A stretch of 64,000 nucleotides of DNA, taken from Ministeria vibrans ATCC 50519 (lineage: Eukaryota > Protista > Filasterea). Under the pieces are notes generated by a model, which was not told where the DNA came from, ran no database searches, and worked only from the letters and a program-made list of their open reading frames with translations. The translations under genes were made by a program, and so were the position numbers. The stretch's first letter is position 1; the number at the start of each line of letters is the position of its first letter. This document shows, in pieces, positions 29,470 through 40,327 of this stretch. The DNA is taken from assembly GCA_943704425.1 (NCBI GenBank), contig CALSCP010001494.1:123296-187295 (forward strand), read 5' to 3'.

Positions 29470-30499
29470 GATCAGAACAACGCAACGAACAAGTAAACTG
29501 AAGCAAAAAAATTAAATACAGCTATAGAGATGTATAATTTATACGAAACATTTTTGCATAATCAATCAGGGGGGGGACCGTCGATGAACCGTCGATATTC
29601 TCGCCAAAGAGGTGTTCACGACGCAACCACGCCTCGTCTTCTTTCCACGCACAACTCATGCTCTGGCTCGCTCGCTCACTTCCCTTCTGGACAGACAGTC
29701 TGAGTGAGTGAGCGAGTGAACATACTCTATCACCTTAATTCACCTGTATGTTGGTGACGCCTCTCCAAAGAGTTTGAAGCGGCCATTTCAGATGGCACTA
29801 TAGGTACGAGGAAAAATCGGGTCAGGAGAGACACAAGCGAAAAACTTTTATGTGTGACAAAACAAAAATGTATAACAATTATTTTCTTCATTAGTGCGCA
29901 CCGGACCCTCTGCTCTGCGTATCTGAAATTTAATTCTGATTATTTTGGAATTATTTTGTTTTAATCTTTTCTCTAAATTTCTAAGGTGAGTTACTACTTC
30001 CACCACCACGGGGCACGTGGTGCAGAGGTTGTGTACGCGTGTGTTCGGATGCGAAATGGGGCGTTTTGTGCGGGGGGGGGGAGATTATTTTGAAGTTATT
30101 TTCCGTTTTTTCTCCGTTTTTTCGAGTTTTTTTTTGCAGAGACACGTGTCCGCAAATTTATTGCGAGCATGCCTACCTCGTGCCATTGTGCGGAAGTGAT
30201 GTATATGTGGCGTGTGATGCCGCTGGTGCAAACGGCGCGGTGGCAGGCCTCGAGGATTTTATGTGGCGGTCCGCTATGTTTTTTTCATGTTTTATTTAAA
30301 CAACAAAAAAAATCGCGATTCGCCCTTTCCCCGTGTCAAAATTCGGTAGCGATATCGCCAAAATTGACACCACAGCGACCAAATGCCGGTCACCTCTTAT
30401 TAGTAGTCAAAAAGGAAACGGTGACGACCGTAACTCAAATTTTCCACTGAATTTTTTATCAACCTCTATTATTTTTTTTCTTCTTCTATTATCAATAAT

Positions 30500-30736
30500 T
30501 CATTTCATTAATAAATGGGTTATTCTTCTTCTTCTTCTAGTATTTTATTTATTAATAATTAATAATAATAAATGGGTTGTATTCTATCTATACTAATAAT
30601 TACGTGGTGACTGTATCATTAATAAATGGGTTGTATTCTTCTTCTAATGTATCATTAATAAATGGGGTGTATTCTTCTTCTAATTAATAATAATAAGAAG
30701 AAGAAGAAGAATACAACCCATTTATTAATGATACAG
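30500..30736. mobile_element. Cluster of five tail-only fragments of the LINE found at 31772-34836 (four +, one -), forming an inverted repeat
   Basis: Repeated (GTGGTGACTGTATCATT)AATAAATGGGTTGTATTCTTCTTC and its reverse complement, matching the LINE 3' end. Confidence 0.85.
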
Positions 30737-30830
30737 TTAATAAGTAATAGACGAAGAAGAAGACAATAAAATATTATTATTATTGATGATGTTTTTCGTT
30801 TTTTTAATCAAAGCGACGACGCTGACGACG

Positions 30831-31448
30831 ATGACGTTCTGCTTCCAAATATACAACGGCATTTTTCTTTTGGTTGGCGGCTTCACCTTGCTCGTCATCT
30901 CCGGGATCATTGCCAGCGACTCTACCATCCGCGGATTCACGCCGTGTTACACCTACGAGCAGCTGGCTGCTGTTGCCGCCATAGGAATTATTATGTCACT
31001 GACTCTCATAGCGAATGGCATTGCCAATCTTGTGATGGTATGCACGGCCCGCTCAATTGGCTCCAAGTGCTTTCAGATCTACAACGGCATTATGACCATC
31101 ATTGGCGGACTTGCTTGGCTCGTGTTGGGCTGTATCGAAGGATACGGAGCAAATTGGTATTTTAGGTGCTACGAGCCTGAGGAGTTGGCAGTGGCGGCGG
31201 CATTTGGCATCATCTTTGCCCTTGTTTTCCTCGCGGATGGCATTGCTAATCTTGTCATTGTGTGCAAACACCGCCAGAGTGACGCCCATGGCCAGTCGAA
31301 TTCAATTCAGCTGTCGGAATCAACCAGCAAGTCCCACGATTCTTCAAGTTTCTCCACCACAACCAGAGCAGACCACCCTCTTCCCTCCGCCCCGTACGCA
31401 AAAGAGCTGCCTCCCGCGTACTCCCCAGCCGGGGGCTCCCATGCTTGA
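30831..31448 (+). CDS. Intronless 4-TM MARVEL-like protein built from a duplicated 2-TM unit, with a PSAP/PPxY tail
   Basis: The unit CFQIYNGI..GG..CY..E.LA..AA.GII..A.GIANLV.VC occurs twice. The tail reads LPSAPYAKELPPAYSP. Confidence 0.75.
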   Translation: MTFCFQIYNGIFLLVGGFTLLVISGIIASDSTIRGFTPCYTYEQLAAVAAIGIIMSLTLIANGIANLVMVCTARSIGSKCFQIYNGIMTIIGGLAWLVLGCIEGYGANWYFRCYEPEELAVAAAFGIIFALVFLADGIANLVIVCKHRQSDAHGQSNSIQLSESTSKSHDSSSFSTTTRADHPLPSAPYAKELPPAYSPAGGSHA

Positions 31449-31547
31449 CACTATCAGTGAAATATGCAGCTCTTTTAGTTCTACAATTAAAATCAAGTCT
31501 GAAAAAAGCAGAAAAAAAGAAGGCCTTTCCTTCGGGCAAATCCACCA

Positions 31548-31569
31548 CTAACCCTAACCCTAACCCTAA
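31548..31569 (-). repeat. Short interstitial telomere-type repeat, (TTAGGG)~3.5
   Basis: CTAACCCTAACCCTAACCCTAA on the + strand. Confidence 0.7.
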
Positions 31570-31771
31570 TTTTTTTTAATCGCGTATTGCACCCTTTTTT
31601 GTTCACTCGCAGACTGCACCCTCTCCTATTTTCGACTCACACACTGCACCCTTCTCTCATTACTCTTATTACATATTTATTTCATATTCTGCCCCTGCCT
31701 GACACGGATTCCCCTAGCAAATTTTATTTGTATTATGACGTAATTATACGTATATACAAGCAAGACGTAAT

Positions 31772-31805
<34 letters not shown>

Positions 31806-33495
31806 TAATAATAATTAGAAGAAGAATACAACCCATTTATTAATGATACAGTCACACAGCCAGACCGCCTTGCAAACTCAACCGAAACTCTAGAGGTAAC
31901 ATGGGAGAACAGTGGCAGGTCAGAGTGCTGTGTCGTCGCTATCCAGTGAGGCAATCGCAATGGTACGCCATACCCAGTGGGGGCTTAGGGCTCTGACACC
32001 ATGAAGGTGTCTGTCAGCAAGGAGTGTAAAAGTCGACGTCGTGGTTGAAGCAATCGGATCGGTGGTCGGCGGCGGCAAGTCCAGGTGGCTGCGGGGCACT
32101 CCCGTGGTACACAGGCGGGGTGGGTCGGCTGCAGAGCGGCTGGCGTGCTTGTTGTCGTGACTGTGTGTTAGATTTTGATTATAAAGATATGAATGGGTAG
32201 GGGGAAAAAAGCGGGGGTTCGGGAGGGTCAATCACTGGGTGGCGTTGACGGCGGCGATGAAGCATCTGTACATTTCCCCCAGGGGATGAAATGCTTTACA
32301 GTGCGTGTCGTTGGTCGCGCGCAGTGCCTCGGCAAGGGTCTTGCCGACCAGTGAGTCGTGTCGGTGTCGGTACACCGCTGGGTGAGCACAGTGGAGCAGG
32401 AAGTGTTCTGGACTCTCCAGCGGTGGTTGTCGCAGTTGCAGTTGTTGTTGTTGTTGTTGTTGTTGTTGCTGTGGCTGTGGGATGGCTGCGCACGCCCGAC
32501 ACCTGAACGTATCGGCCGTCGCACCAGCCGGAATGTTGAAGCGAGCAAAGGCTGGGCCCCTCATGCCACGACGGATGCAGGTGGTGCCCGTGATGAGTGT
32601 GTTGCAGCGCAGCAGCAGTAGCACCTGTCCAGACCTCTTCGGCATCTTGCTCAGGTACTTGGACGCGCTCAGTGGGTTGTACATTCTGTCCTTGAGAGGC
32701 GACGCACTCGTGGGCCCAGAGAGGTTTGGTGTTCCCTGGAGACGTGCGTGCCACTCCTTCGTTGACAGTCTTTCCGCAGTCTTCACAAGCTCGCCGTCTT
32801 TGACTCGATCGTACCGCAGCACTCGTCTTGCTGGTGCTCCCGCCGGCATCGGATGGAGCGTCTCGAGCGCGTTGAGGATCGACAGCGCGTGGAAGCGCTT
32901 CATCGTTCTCGGGGCCGCGGCCGCCCTCTCGGGGGTGTTTTCTAGTAGCGCTACGAACACCTGGGATGCCAGAGGCACCACTGCGAGAGTCGTGCCCCTC
33001 GCCAGGTGCTGAAGCAGGCCCGCTTGCAGTGCCCGCGCCCGGTTGGCGACGGGCTCGATGCCGAGCTCGCCCTCTAGTCCCACCAGTGGTGCAAATTGCG
33101 GCGCTCTCGCCAGTCTTCTGAGATCCTCGCTCTGCAGCAGGTTCAGCTCGTCATATTTCCCTGACGGTAGCACAATTGTTGCCTGGCCAAAGTCCATCGC
33201 ACTCCTCACTGCCTGGACGTACACGTTTTGTAGAGCACCCACCCGTAGGTCTCGCACGAACACGCGCTGCCACACGGCGCGTGCCTTGCCGTACCTCTCC
33301 TTGATGCCCTCCGAGACTGACTGGGCCAGCCTGAGTCTGCGTGTGGGGCGCACGCCTGGCGCGACCGCCGGAGCCGAAAATGAGCCGTTTATCCACAGGC
33401 CCCAGGTACTTGAAGCCTTTCTGATCGTCCACCTTCCTGAGCGCCACACCATCGAACTGCACCGGTGTCCACATCAGGTCGATTGGGTTCCTGAC
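31772..33495 (-). mobile_element. Non-LTR retrotransposon (LINE) copy A, 5'-truncated
   Basis: RT C-terminal motif VDDQKGFKYLG is followed by a +1 frameshift. C-terminal zinc knuckle CRAC...ESPEHFLLHC, stop at 32232, ~420-nt 3' UTR, AATAAA and a (TTC)n(ATT)n tail. Confidence 0.88.
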
Positions 33496-34763
33496 AATAA
33501 TAATTAGAAGAAGAAGAATACAACCCATTTATTATTGATACAGTCACCACGCGAAGACACAGCCAGACCGCCTTGCAAACTCGACCGAAACTCTAGAGGT
33601 AACATGGGAGAACAGTGGCAGGTCATAGTGCTGTGTCGACGCTATCCAGTGAGGCAATCGCAATGGTACGCCATACCCCCAGAGGAGGCTTAGGGCTCTG
33701 ACACCATGAAGGTGTCTGTCGGCAAGGAGTGTAAAGTCGAAGTCGTGGTTGAGGCAATCGGATCGGTGGTCGGCGGCGGCAAGTCCAGGTGGCTGCGGGG
33801 CGCTCCCGTGGTACACAGGCGGGGCGGGTCGGCTGTAGGGCGGCTGGTGTGCTTGTTGTCGTGACTGTGTGTTAGATTATGAGGATAGAGATATGGATGG
33901 GTAGGGGGGAAAAAACGAGGGGTTCGGAAGGGCGAGTCAATGGGTGGCGTTGACGGCGACGATGAAGCATTTGTACATCTCCCCCAGGGGATGAAGTGCT
34001 TCATAGTGCGTGTCGTTGGTCGCGCGCAATGCCTCGGCAAGGGTCTTGCCGACCAGTGAGTCGTGTCGGTGTCGGTACACCGCTGGGTGAGCACAGTGGA
34101 GCAGGAAGTGTTCTGGGCTCTCCAGCGGTGGTTGTTGCAGTTGTTGTTGTTGTTGTTGTTGTGGCTGTGGGATGGCTGCGCACGCCCGACACCGGAACGT
34201 GTCGACCGACGCGCCGGCGGGGATGTTGAAGCGCGCAAAAGCTGGGCCCGCCATGCCCCGGCTGATGCAGGTGGTGCCCGTGATAAGTGCGTTGCAGCGC
34301 AGCAGTAGCAGCACTTGCCCCGATCTCTTCGGCATCTTGCTCAGGTACTTGGATGTGCTCAGTGGGTTGTACCTCCTGTCTTTGAGTGGCGACGCGCTCG
34401 TAGGTCCGCTGAGGCTGGGCGTGTCTTGGAGACGCGCTCGCCACTCGTTTGTGGACAGACTCTCCGCTGTCTTCACGAGCTCGCCGTCCTTGACACGGTC
34501 GTAGCACAGGACCCGTCTAGCTGGCGCCCCCGCCGGCATTGGGTGCAGCGTCTCGAGCGTGTTGAGGATCGACAGCGCGTGAAAGCGCTTTTTCGCTCTC
34601 GGAGCCGCCGCTGCTCTTTCCGGGGTGTTCGCCAGCAGTGCCTCGAACACCTGAGATGCCAGGGGCACCACCGCAAGGGTCGTGCCTCTCGCCAAGTGTT
34701 GAAGCAGGCCCGCTTGCAGCGCTCTCGCCCGGCCGGCGACCGGCTCAATGCCAAGCTCACCTC
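33496..34763 (-). mobile_element. LINE copy B, more strongly 5'-truncated, head-to-tail with copy A
   Basis: Same protein C-terminus (stop at 33937) and 3' UTR as copy A, with many synonymous differences. Confidence 0.88.
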
Positions 34764-34836
34764 AATAATAATTAGAAGAAGAAGAAGAATACAACCCATT
34801 TATTAATGATACAGTCACCACGCGAAGACATAGCCA
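34764..34836 (-). mobile_element. LINE copy C, last ~70 nt only
   Basis: Near-identical to the 3' end of copy B (33496-33565). Confidence 0.85.
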
Positions 34837-35387
34837 TATTATTATAGTATTATTTCTATCTATGTACACCCCCGCAACTGCCCCACTTTTCTGCCTGTCC
34901 CTGGGAGCCGTTATTTCATAACCCCTACGCCAGGAGCCTTTTGACAGTGAGATTTCAGATCAGAGATTTCGTGGTCCCCAGGCCCCACGAGTCTCAAGCA
35001 AGAAGGATCCTTAACTAATATCAGGACTCGGATTATTCAGTTCAGGGGTGAAGGCGTAAACCAGTGCGAACTAGATTTTCCGCTTAGTAATCCATTTATA
35101 AAAAATCTGTTTATGTGTAGCAATCTGTTGCAAATTAGAAGCAAACTATCAACATATAATACTCAGCAGAATGCCAGATAGAATATCTTCCATAAGATAT
35201 TATCTCGTCCAAAAACCTTTATGTGGAGCAAGAGGAGAATATTAAACGAATGATTATGCAATTATTTTTTTTTCGAAAAAAGCAAGCACCAGACTACACA
35301 CGATCAACGTTGATCTTTTTTTTTAGTCCCTCCTCCCTCCCTCCCAAGTCCTAATTCACTTTCAATGGTTGGCAGTTTACAGGGAAT

Positions 35388-36197
35388 TTAGTCGATGGGG
35401 TTGGTGACGATGGACTGGCCGTCGCGGTGGTGATGGAGCGTCCCCTCCATGTTAAAGTAGTAGCGCATCTTGACAGTGGCATCCTTTATCGCCACATAGT
35501 CTTCGGCTGCATATGCCTCGGAAGTCTCCCTGATGCTTTCGTTGAGACGCTCTGTGTTTGCCTCCCTGAGCTTGTTTAGTGTCGCCTCGTCGACACCCGG
35601 CTGTGACATGGCTTCCATCGTTTCTATGATGTACAGAAGCACCGTTGGGTCGCTTGCCTGCTCTAGCTCGGCCACCGGGAAGTTTGCCTCGCTCAAAATG
35701 TACAAGCTACGTCGCAGCGGATGGGCTAGCGTCTCGTATGCCCTATTCACTTCGGCACTCCAGGCTGCAAGTGCGTCGGCACGACGCTTCTCGTCGTCAG
35801 CGGCTGCCGCGTCGCCCGTCGCCGATGGCCCGCTCGCGGCGTCATCACTGCTGCCATCTGTGCTTGGAAGGGAGATGTTTCGAAGGATACTGCTGCTGAG
35901 AACACGGTCGGGGTGCAGGTGAAACTGCAGGCGACGAAAGCGCTGTTTAAGATCGTCCGTGTCTACGTCGAAACGCGCGCGGGCGTCCTCGTAAAAGTAC
36001 GAGTAGTAGCTGGGACGAGGTGGGTCGGTGGGCAAGCGCCAGGCAGTCTGGTCGGCGTTGACAAAGAGGGTAAGTGGCCACTCAAGTGCATTGCGGGTGG
36101 TCGATGACGATGACAGAAGTGCCCGCGGCATCAGCCATCTCAACGCCAGTGGTTGTCGGCACACCAACGCGGTGGTTCGTCGAAGCAACAGCGACAT
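35388..36197 (-). CDS. HSCB: Mitochondrial Fe-S cluster co-chaperone HscB/Jac1
   Basis: Arg-rich presequence, J-domain FDVD..DLKQRFRRLQFHLHPD, SAEVNRAYETL.HPLRR..Y.L and C-terminal KMRYY. Confidence 0.92.
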   Translation of the reverse strand: MSLLLRRTTALVCRQPLALRWLMPRALLSSSSTTRNALEWPLTLFVNADQTAWRLPTDPPRPSYYSYFYEDARARFDVDTDDLKQRFRRLQFHLHPDRVLSSSILRNISLPSTDGSSDDAASGPSATGDAAAADDEKRRADALAAWSAEVNRAYETLAHPLRRSLYILSEANFPVAELEQASDPTVLLYIIETMEAMSQPGVDEATLNKLREANTERLNESIRETSEAYAAEDYVAIKDATVKMRYYFNMEGTLHHHRDGQSIVTNPID

Positions 36198-36314
36198 GAG
36201 TGAGACTTGAGAGTTGATAGGAGAGATAAAAAAAAAATGAAAAGTAGTCAAAAAAGTAGTTCTCATAATCTCATTTCTCACTCAACAGTCAAACTAATAA
36301 CTATTAGTAATTTT

Positions 36315-39300
36315 ATGTTGCGCGACTGGCGTCAGTGGCGTGTCGTGCGACACACGCTGTCCGCAGCAACGCGGAGAATGTCCACCAAGTCAGTCGTGAA
36401 GGACAAGGAGAAGAGGTCGAAGACAAGCGAACTCCCTTGGCGATTTTCCGATCCCATCTCCGAGTCCGACTTGCCCCCGAACCGGTCGGGCATCTTGACG
36501 CAATGGCGCAATCTTAAAATGCAGATTCCCGCCCAGTTTGTGCTTCTTCTTCAAGTCGGCAGCTTTTACGAGATCATTCACAACGATGCCATCCGTGTCG
36601 CCAACGCTGTCGAACCCCCTCTGCACGTTGCCAGCCGCACCTACAGCGCCGGAAAGACACCACTCAAGACGGTTCGACTGCTTTTTTTTGTGTGTGTTTA
36701 CGCTTTGTTGTCATGTTTGTGTCGCCAACGCGACACTGAACACCCTCAGCGCACCAAAGTGTCCGTCGACCGCCACACGGCGTTGAGTCGTAGACATATC
36801 ATCACATGTGCTCCCCCCCCCGCATCGTTAACCCTTTAATGCTCCCGATGCCATTTATTTTACATCCGTGTCATTTGACTCATTACATTTTTCAGGCTGG
36901 ATTTCCCGACTTTGCACTTGAGACATGGCTCCCGCGCATCACCCGGGCGGGCTTCATGGTTGCACTGGCGGACCAGGTGCAGGTGGAGGTGACGTCCCCG
37001 CGGGGCGCCAAGTCGGTCGAGATGCGTCGCGACCACATCACACGGTACATCACGCCGGGCACCATGTTGGTCGAGGAGGCGCTCGAGGCCGGCGAACCCA
37101 ACTACCTCATGTCCATTTATATGGAGCCGCAGCAGAAGGGAGGCGCGAACAACGACAGTCGAGCCATTGGGGCCATTGCCTATGCCGATCTGAGTACGGG
37201 TCATTTTGAGTCGGTCGAAATCACCAGTGTAGGTGAGCTTGAGCGCGAGCTCGTTCGCCTTGCACCCGCCGAGGTGCTCCTCTCCCTTGCCGACCACACA
37301 CTCTTGCGTACCACTGACGGCATCAAATACGAGCGTATCTTCCATCGTCTGCAGACGAGCACCTTTGTCAGCGTTGTCCACGACCACCTCTTTGCGCCGA
37401 CCTTTGCTAAGCCACTTGCGACCGAACGTGCTTCCCACGCCGTTCGAGCCTACGCCAAGTGTCTTCTGGGCAAGGCTATGCCACGCCTTGGGACACCACA
37501 TGGGCGTCGCATCTCGCAGTACCTCCAGATTGGCTCGGAGACAAGCGCCGCTCTCGAACTCGTTAATCCCATCTCGCAAAACCGTGTGCGTGCCATCAAC
37601 GAAACGCGCACTAGCGCCATGGTGGCGACTCTCTCGGCAAACTCCAATGACTCGGCGCCCACCAACACCACCACCACCACCACAATGCCGTCGTCGTCGT
37701 CATCATCATCCTTGGTCGACCCGTCGTCCGAGTCAAGGAGTCTCAAGCGTACACTTTATTCGACACTGAATCATACACACACGGCTCTTGGTCGACGATT
37801 GCTTCGCTCACGTGTCAACGCACCCTCTACCAACCTGCTGGTGATTCGTGAGCGTCTTGATCGCACCGAGGCAGCGACCGTACTGCTGCGACCCGCCCAG
37901 CACATGTATTTGCAGCAGCTGAGAACCCTCCTCAAACAGTGCGGCGACATTGAGCGTGCTCAGACACTGATACGCAGCGCACGTTCGGCCGACCGCATCG
38001 ATCGGGCACCCAAGGGCCTGCGGACCATTGGCGAGACGATTGGCCTTGTGCAGCGTGCTTTTATTGTACTTCGTGCGTGTCTCAATGACCTTGTCACCCG
38101 CGACGACGAGAGCCAAAGCCCTCTTCATACCTTTGACAATAGTCAGTTCACGGCCGCTTTCGACGCCTGTCTCACAACCATCGATCCGCGTCTCATTGCG
38201 CACACACGTCGGTTGCGCGAGTCATCGCATCTTTTGTACGACGGCGAGCCTTTTCGCATTTTGCGCATGAGAAATCGCGTTGTGGCACCCGTGAGTAACA
38301 ACAACAACAGCGACGATACCAACGACGACGACGACGGCGACGACGACGACGGTGAGGAAGTGTTTGACGATGCTGTTGATGATGGTAGTGACAATGCGGT
38401 GATGGAGAAGAGGGGACGGAAGGAGCGGGAACAGAGGGCGGACGGCGACGACGAGAGCAGCCTTTACTTTGGCAAGGACGATTCTATTTTGGAGGAAGGG
38501 CAGACTCAGTATGAACAGGTTCAAGAGCAGCGCTCGCGCATGGATCAGCTGCAGCGCGTGTATCAACACAAGTTGGAGACGTACGTGAAGGAGCATGATC
38601 AGTCGGTGTCGGCAACGCTGCTGCGTAATGTGCAGGTGGTGCGCAAGGTGTGTCGCGACAAGGACAAGACGGTGTTTCACGCGCTGAGCATTCCCAAGCA
38701 ACTTGAAGCGGTGTGTCAGAATGCGCTGGGCGGCGAAGACGGTTTTGGCAAGGAGCCACGAAAAGTCATGGGTGGTGGTGGTGCGACGCGACTGTTGTAT
38801 CAAACAAGACAGTTGATGGACTTGTCGCAAGAGGTGACTGATGGCTACAGCCAGTACAACGAGGTGCGTCAAAAGGCCCTGTACGACATGACGACCCGCA
38901 CCTTGGCACTTAGCAACGAGATCAACCGCGTTGCTGTGACTCTTGCTGAGCTGGACTTTACGCTGGCCATGGCCACAGTGGCGTCACAGCCGGGCTACGT
39001 ACGGCCCCAAGTCGATCAGTCGGGTGTGATTGACATTGTGCAGGGACGTCACCCGGTCGTTGAAGCAAATCAGTTGGTGCGCGCCAATGGCATTCCCTTT
39101 GTGCCCAACGACTGTCGACTTTGTGCCCGTACAAGCAACAACAGCCACAACGGCAGTAGTAGTAGCAGCTGCAGCATGTTGGATTACGGACTGGATGAGC
39201 TGTTGCAAGAAGAGGAGGAGAAGAGAGAAGAGAAGGAGGAGGATGCAGGTCGGGCGCGTGTCATGATTGTGACGGGTCCCAACATGGGGGGCAAGTCGAC

Positions 39301-40000
39301 ATTTCTACGACAAAGTGGCCTCATTGTGATTATGGCGCAGCTCGGGTCGTTTGTGCCGGCAGAACGGGCGCGCATTGGCATTGTGGATGGGCTGTATGCG
39401 CGTGTGGGAGCCTCGGACAACATTGCGGGTAACGAGAGCACGTTTATGGTGGAGATGTCAGAGACAGCTCGCATACTGCAGAGCGCCACGCCGCGCTCTT
39501 TGGTGATCATTGATGAGTTGGGGCGGGGCACGGCGCACGACGAAGGTCATGCCATTGCGTGTGCCGTCACCGAGTCGCTTGCTGAGCGCGGCTGTCGCAC
39601 CATCATAGCGAGTCACGATCGTGTCTTTGCCCATCGCTTCAAGCAACATCTTACGGAAACCGTGGCGCTGCGCCAGGCCTCGGTTGCCGTGTGTCCCGAC
39701 TCACACTCGGTGATTTTCACGCACGAACTTGTCGAGGGGATCGCACAGCAGTCGTACGGCGTTGACGTGGCTGCCATGGCCGGGGTCCATCCTGACGTGG
39801 TCCGCCGAGCGCGTCACATTCTTGAACAGCTACAGCGTGTCGAGGAGCGCTCTTCTGACAGTGAGTGTAAGGCTGACGCTAGTGTACCTGCTACGCACCT
39901 GAAGGTCCTTGATACGTTGAGACAAATTGACGTGGATGCCGTGTCGCCTCGCGAGGCGCACCGATTGCTCTCCGAGTTTGTGCACTCATGTAATGAATAA
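36315..40000 (+). CDS. MSH1: Mitochondrion-targeted MutS homolog (MSH1/bacterial MutS1 type)
   Basis: Exons 36315-36671 and 36896-40000. Presequence, QVGSFYE mismatch-binding motif, AGFP, ITPGT, GRHPVVE, TGPNMGGKSTFLRQ, STFMVEM, DELGRGT and SYGVDVA..AG. Confidence 0.88.
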
Positions 40001-40007
40001 TGAATAA

Positions 40008-40040
<33 letters not shown>

Positions 40041-40327
40041 TATTATTATTATTATTATAACTATTTATTTTTACGAAAATTAATAGAGAATCTAGAGCTG
40101 TACTCAATGTCAACACAAGACGGTATATACAAAACAAAGAGCAGCACAATACTTCCGCCGTACACTTCTAGTTTTGTTTAGCAGTGTAGTTTTGATTACG
40201 AAGAGTACTTCACTGTATTAATTACGAGAAGTATATTGAACTCTACTTTTCAATTATTTTTCTTGTATTCTTACAATTGAGTTGTATTGAGGCTGCATCT
40301 AGCTGCCCTTGAGTCCTTGCTGTTTTG

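Noticed and set aside
33540-33937. Hammerhead/HDV ribozyme or tRNA in the LINE 3' UTR
   Set aside because: No CUGANGA/GAAA core in the right order and no cloverleaf found by eye. A covariance-model search would be needed to exclude it fully.
30500-34836. Recurring ~45-nt AT-rich repeat as a CRISPR array or a spliced-leader RNA gene array
   Set aside because: Spacing is irregular and there are no cas genes. The repeat is contiguous with the LINE 3' UTR and contains AATAAA plus a simple-repeat tail. No donor-plus-Sm-site arrangement was recognised.
31548-34836. Telomere-specific retrotransposon array (TRAS/SART/HeT-A-like)
   Set aside because: The junctions are in ATT/TTC tails, not TTAGGG. 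The locus is internal, with housekeeping genes on both sides.
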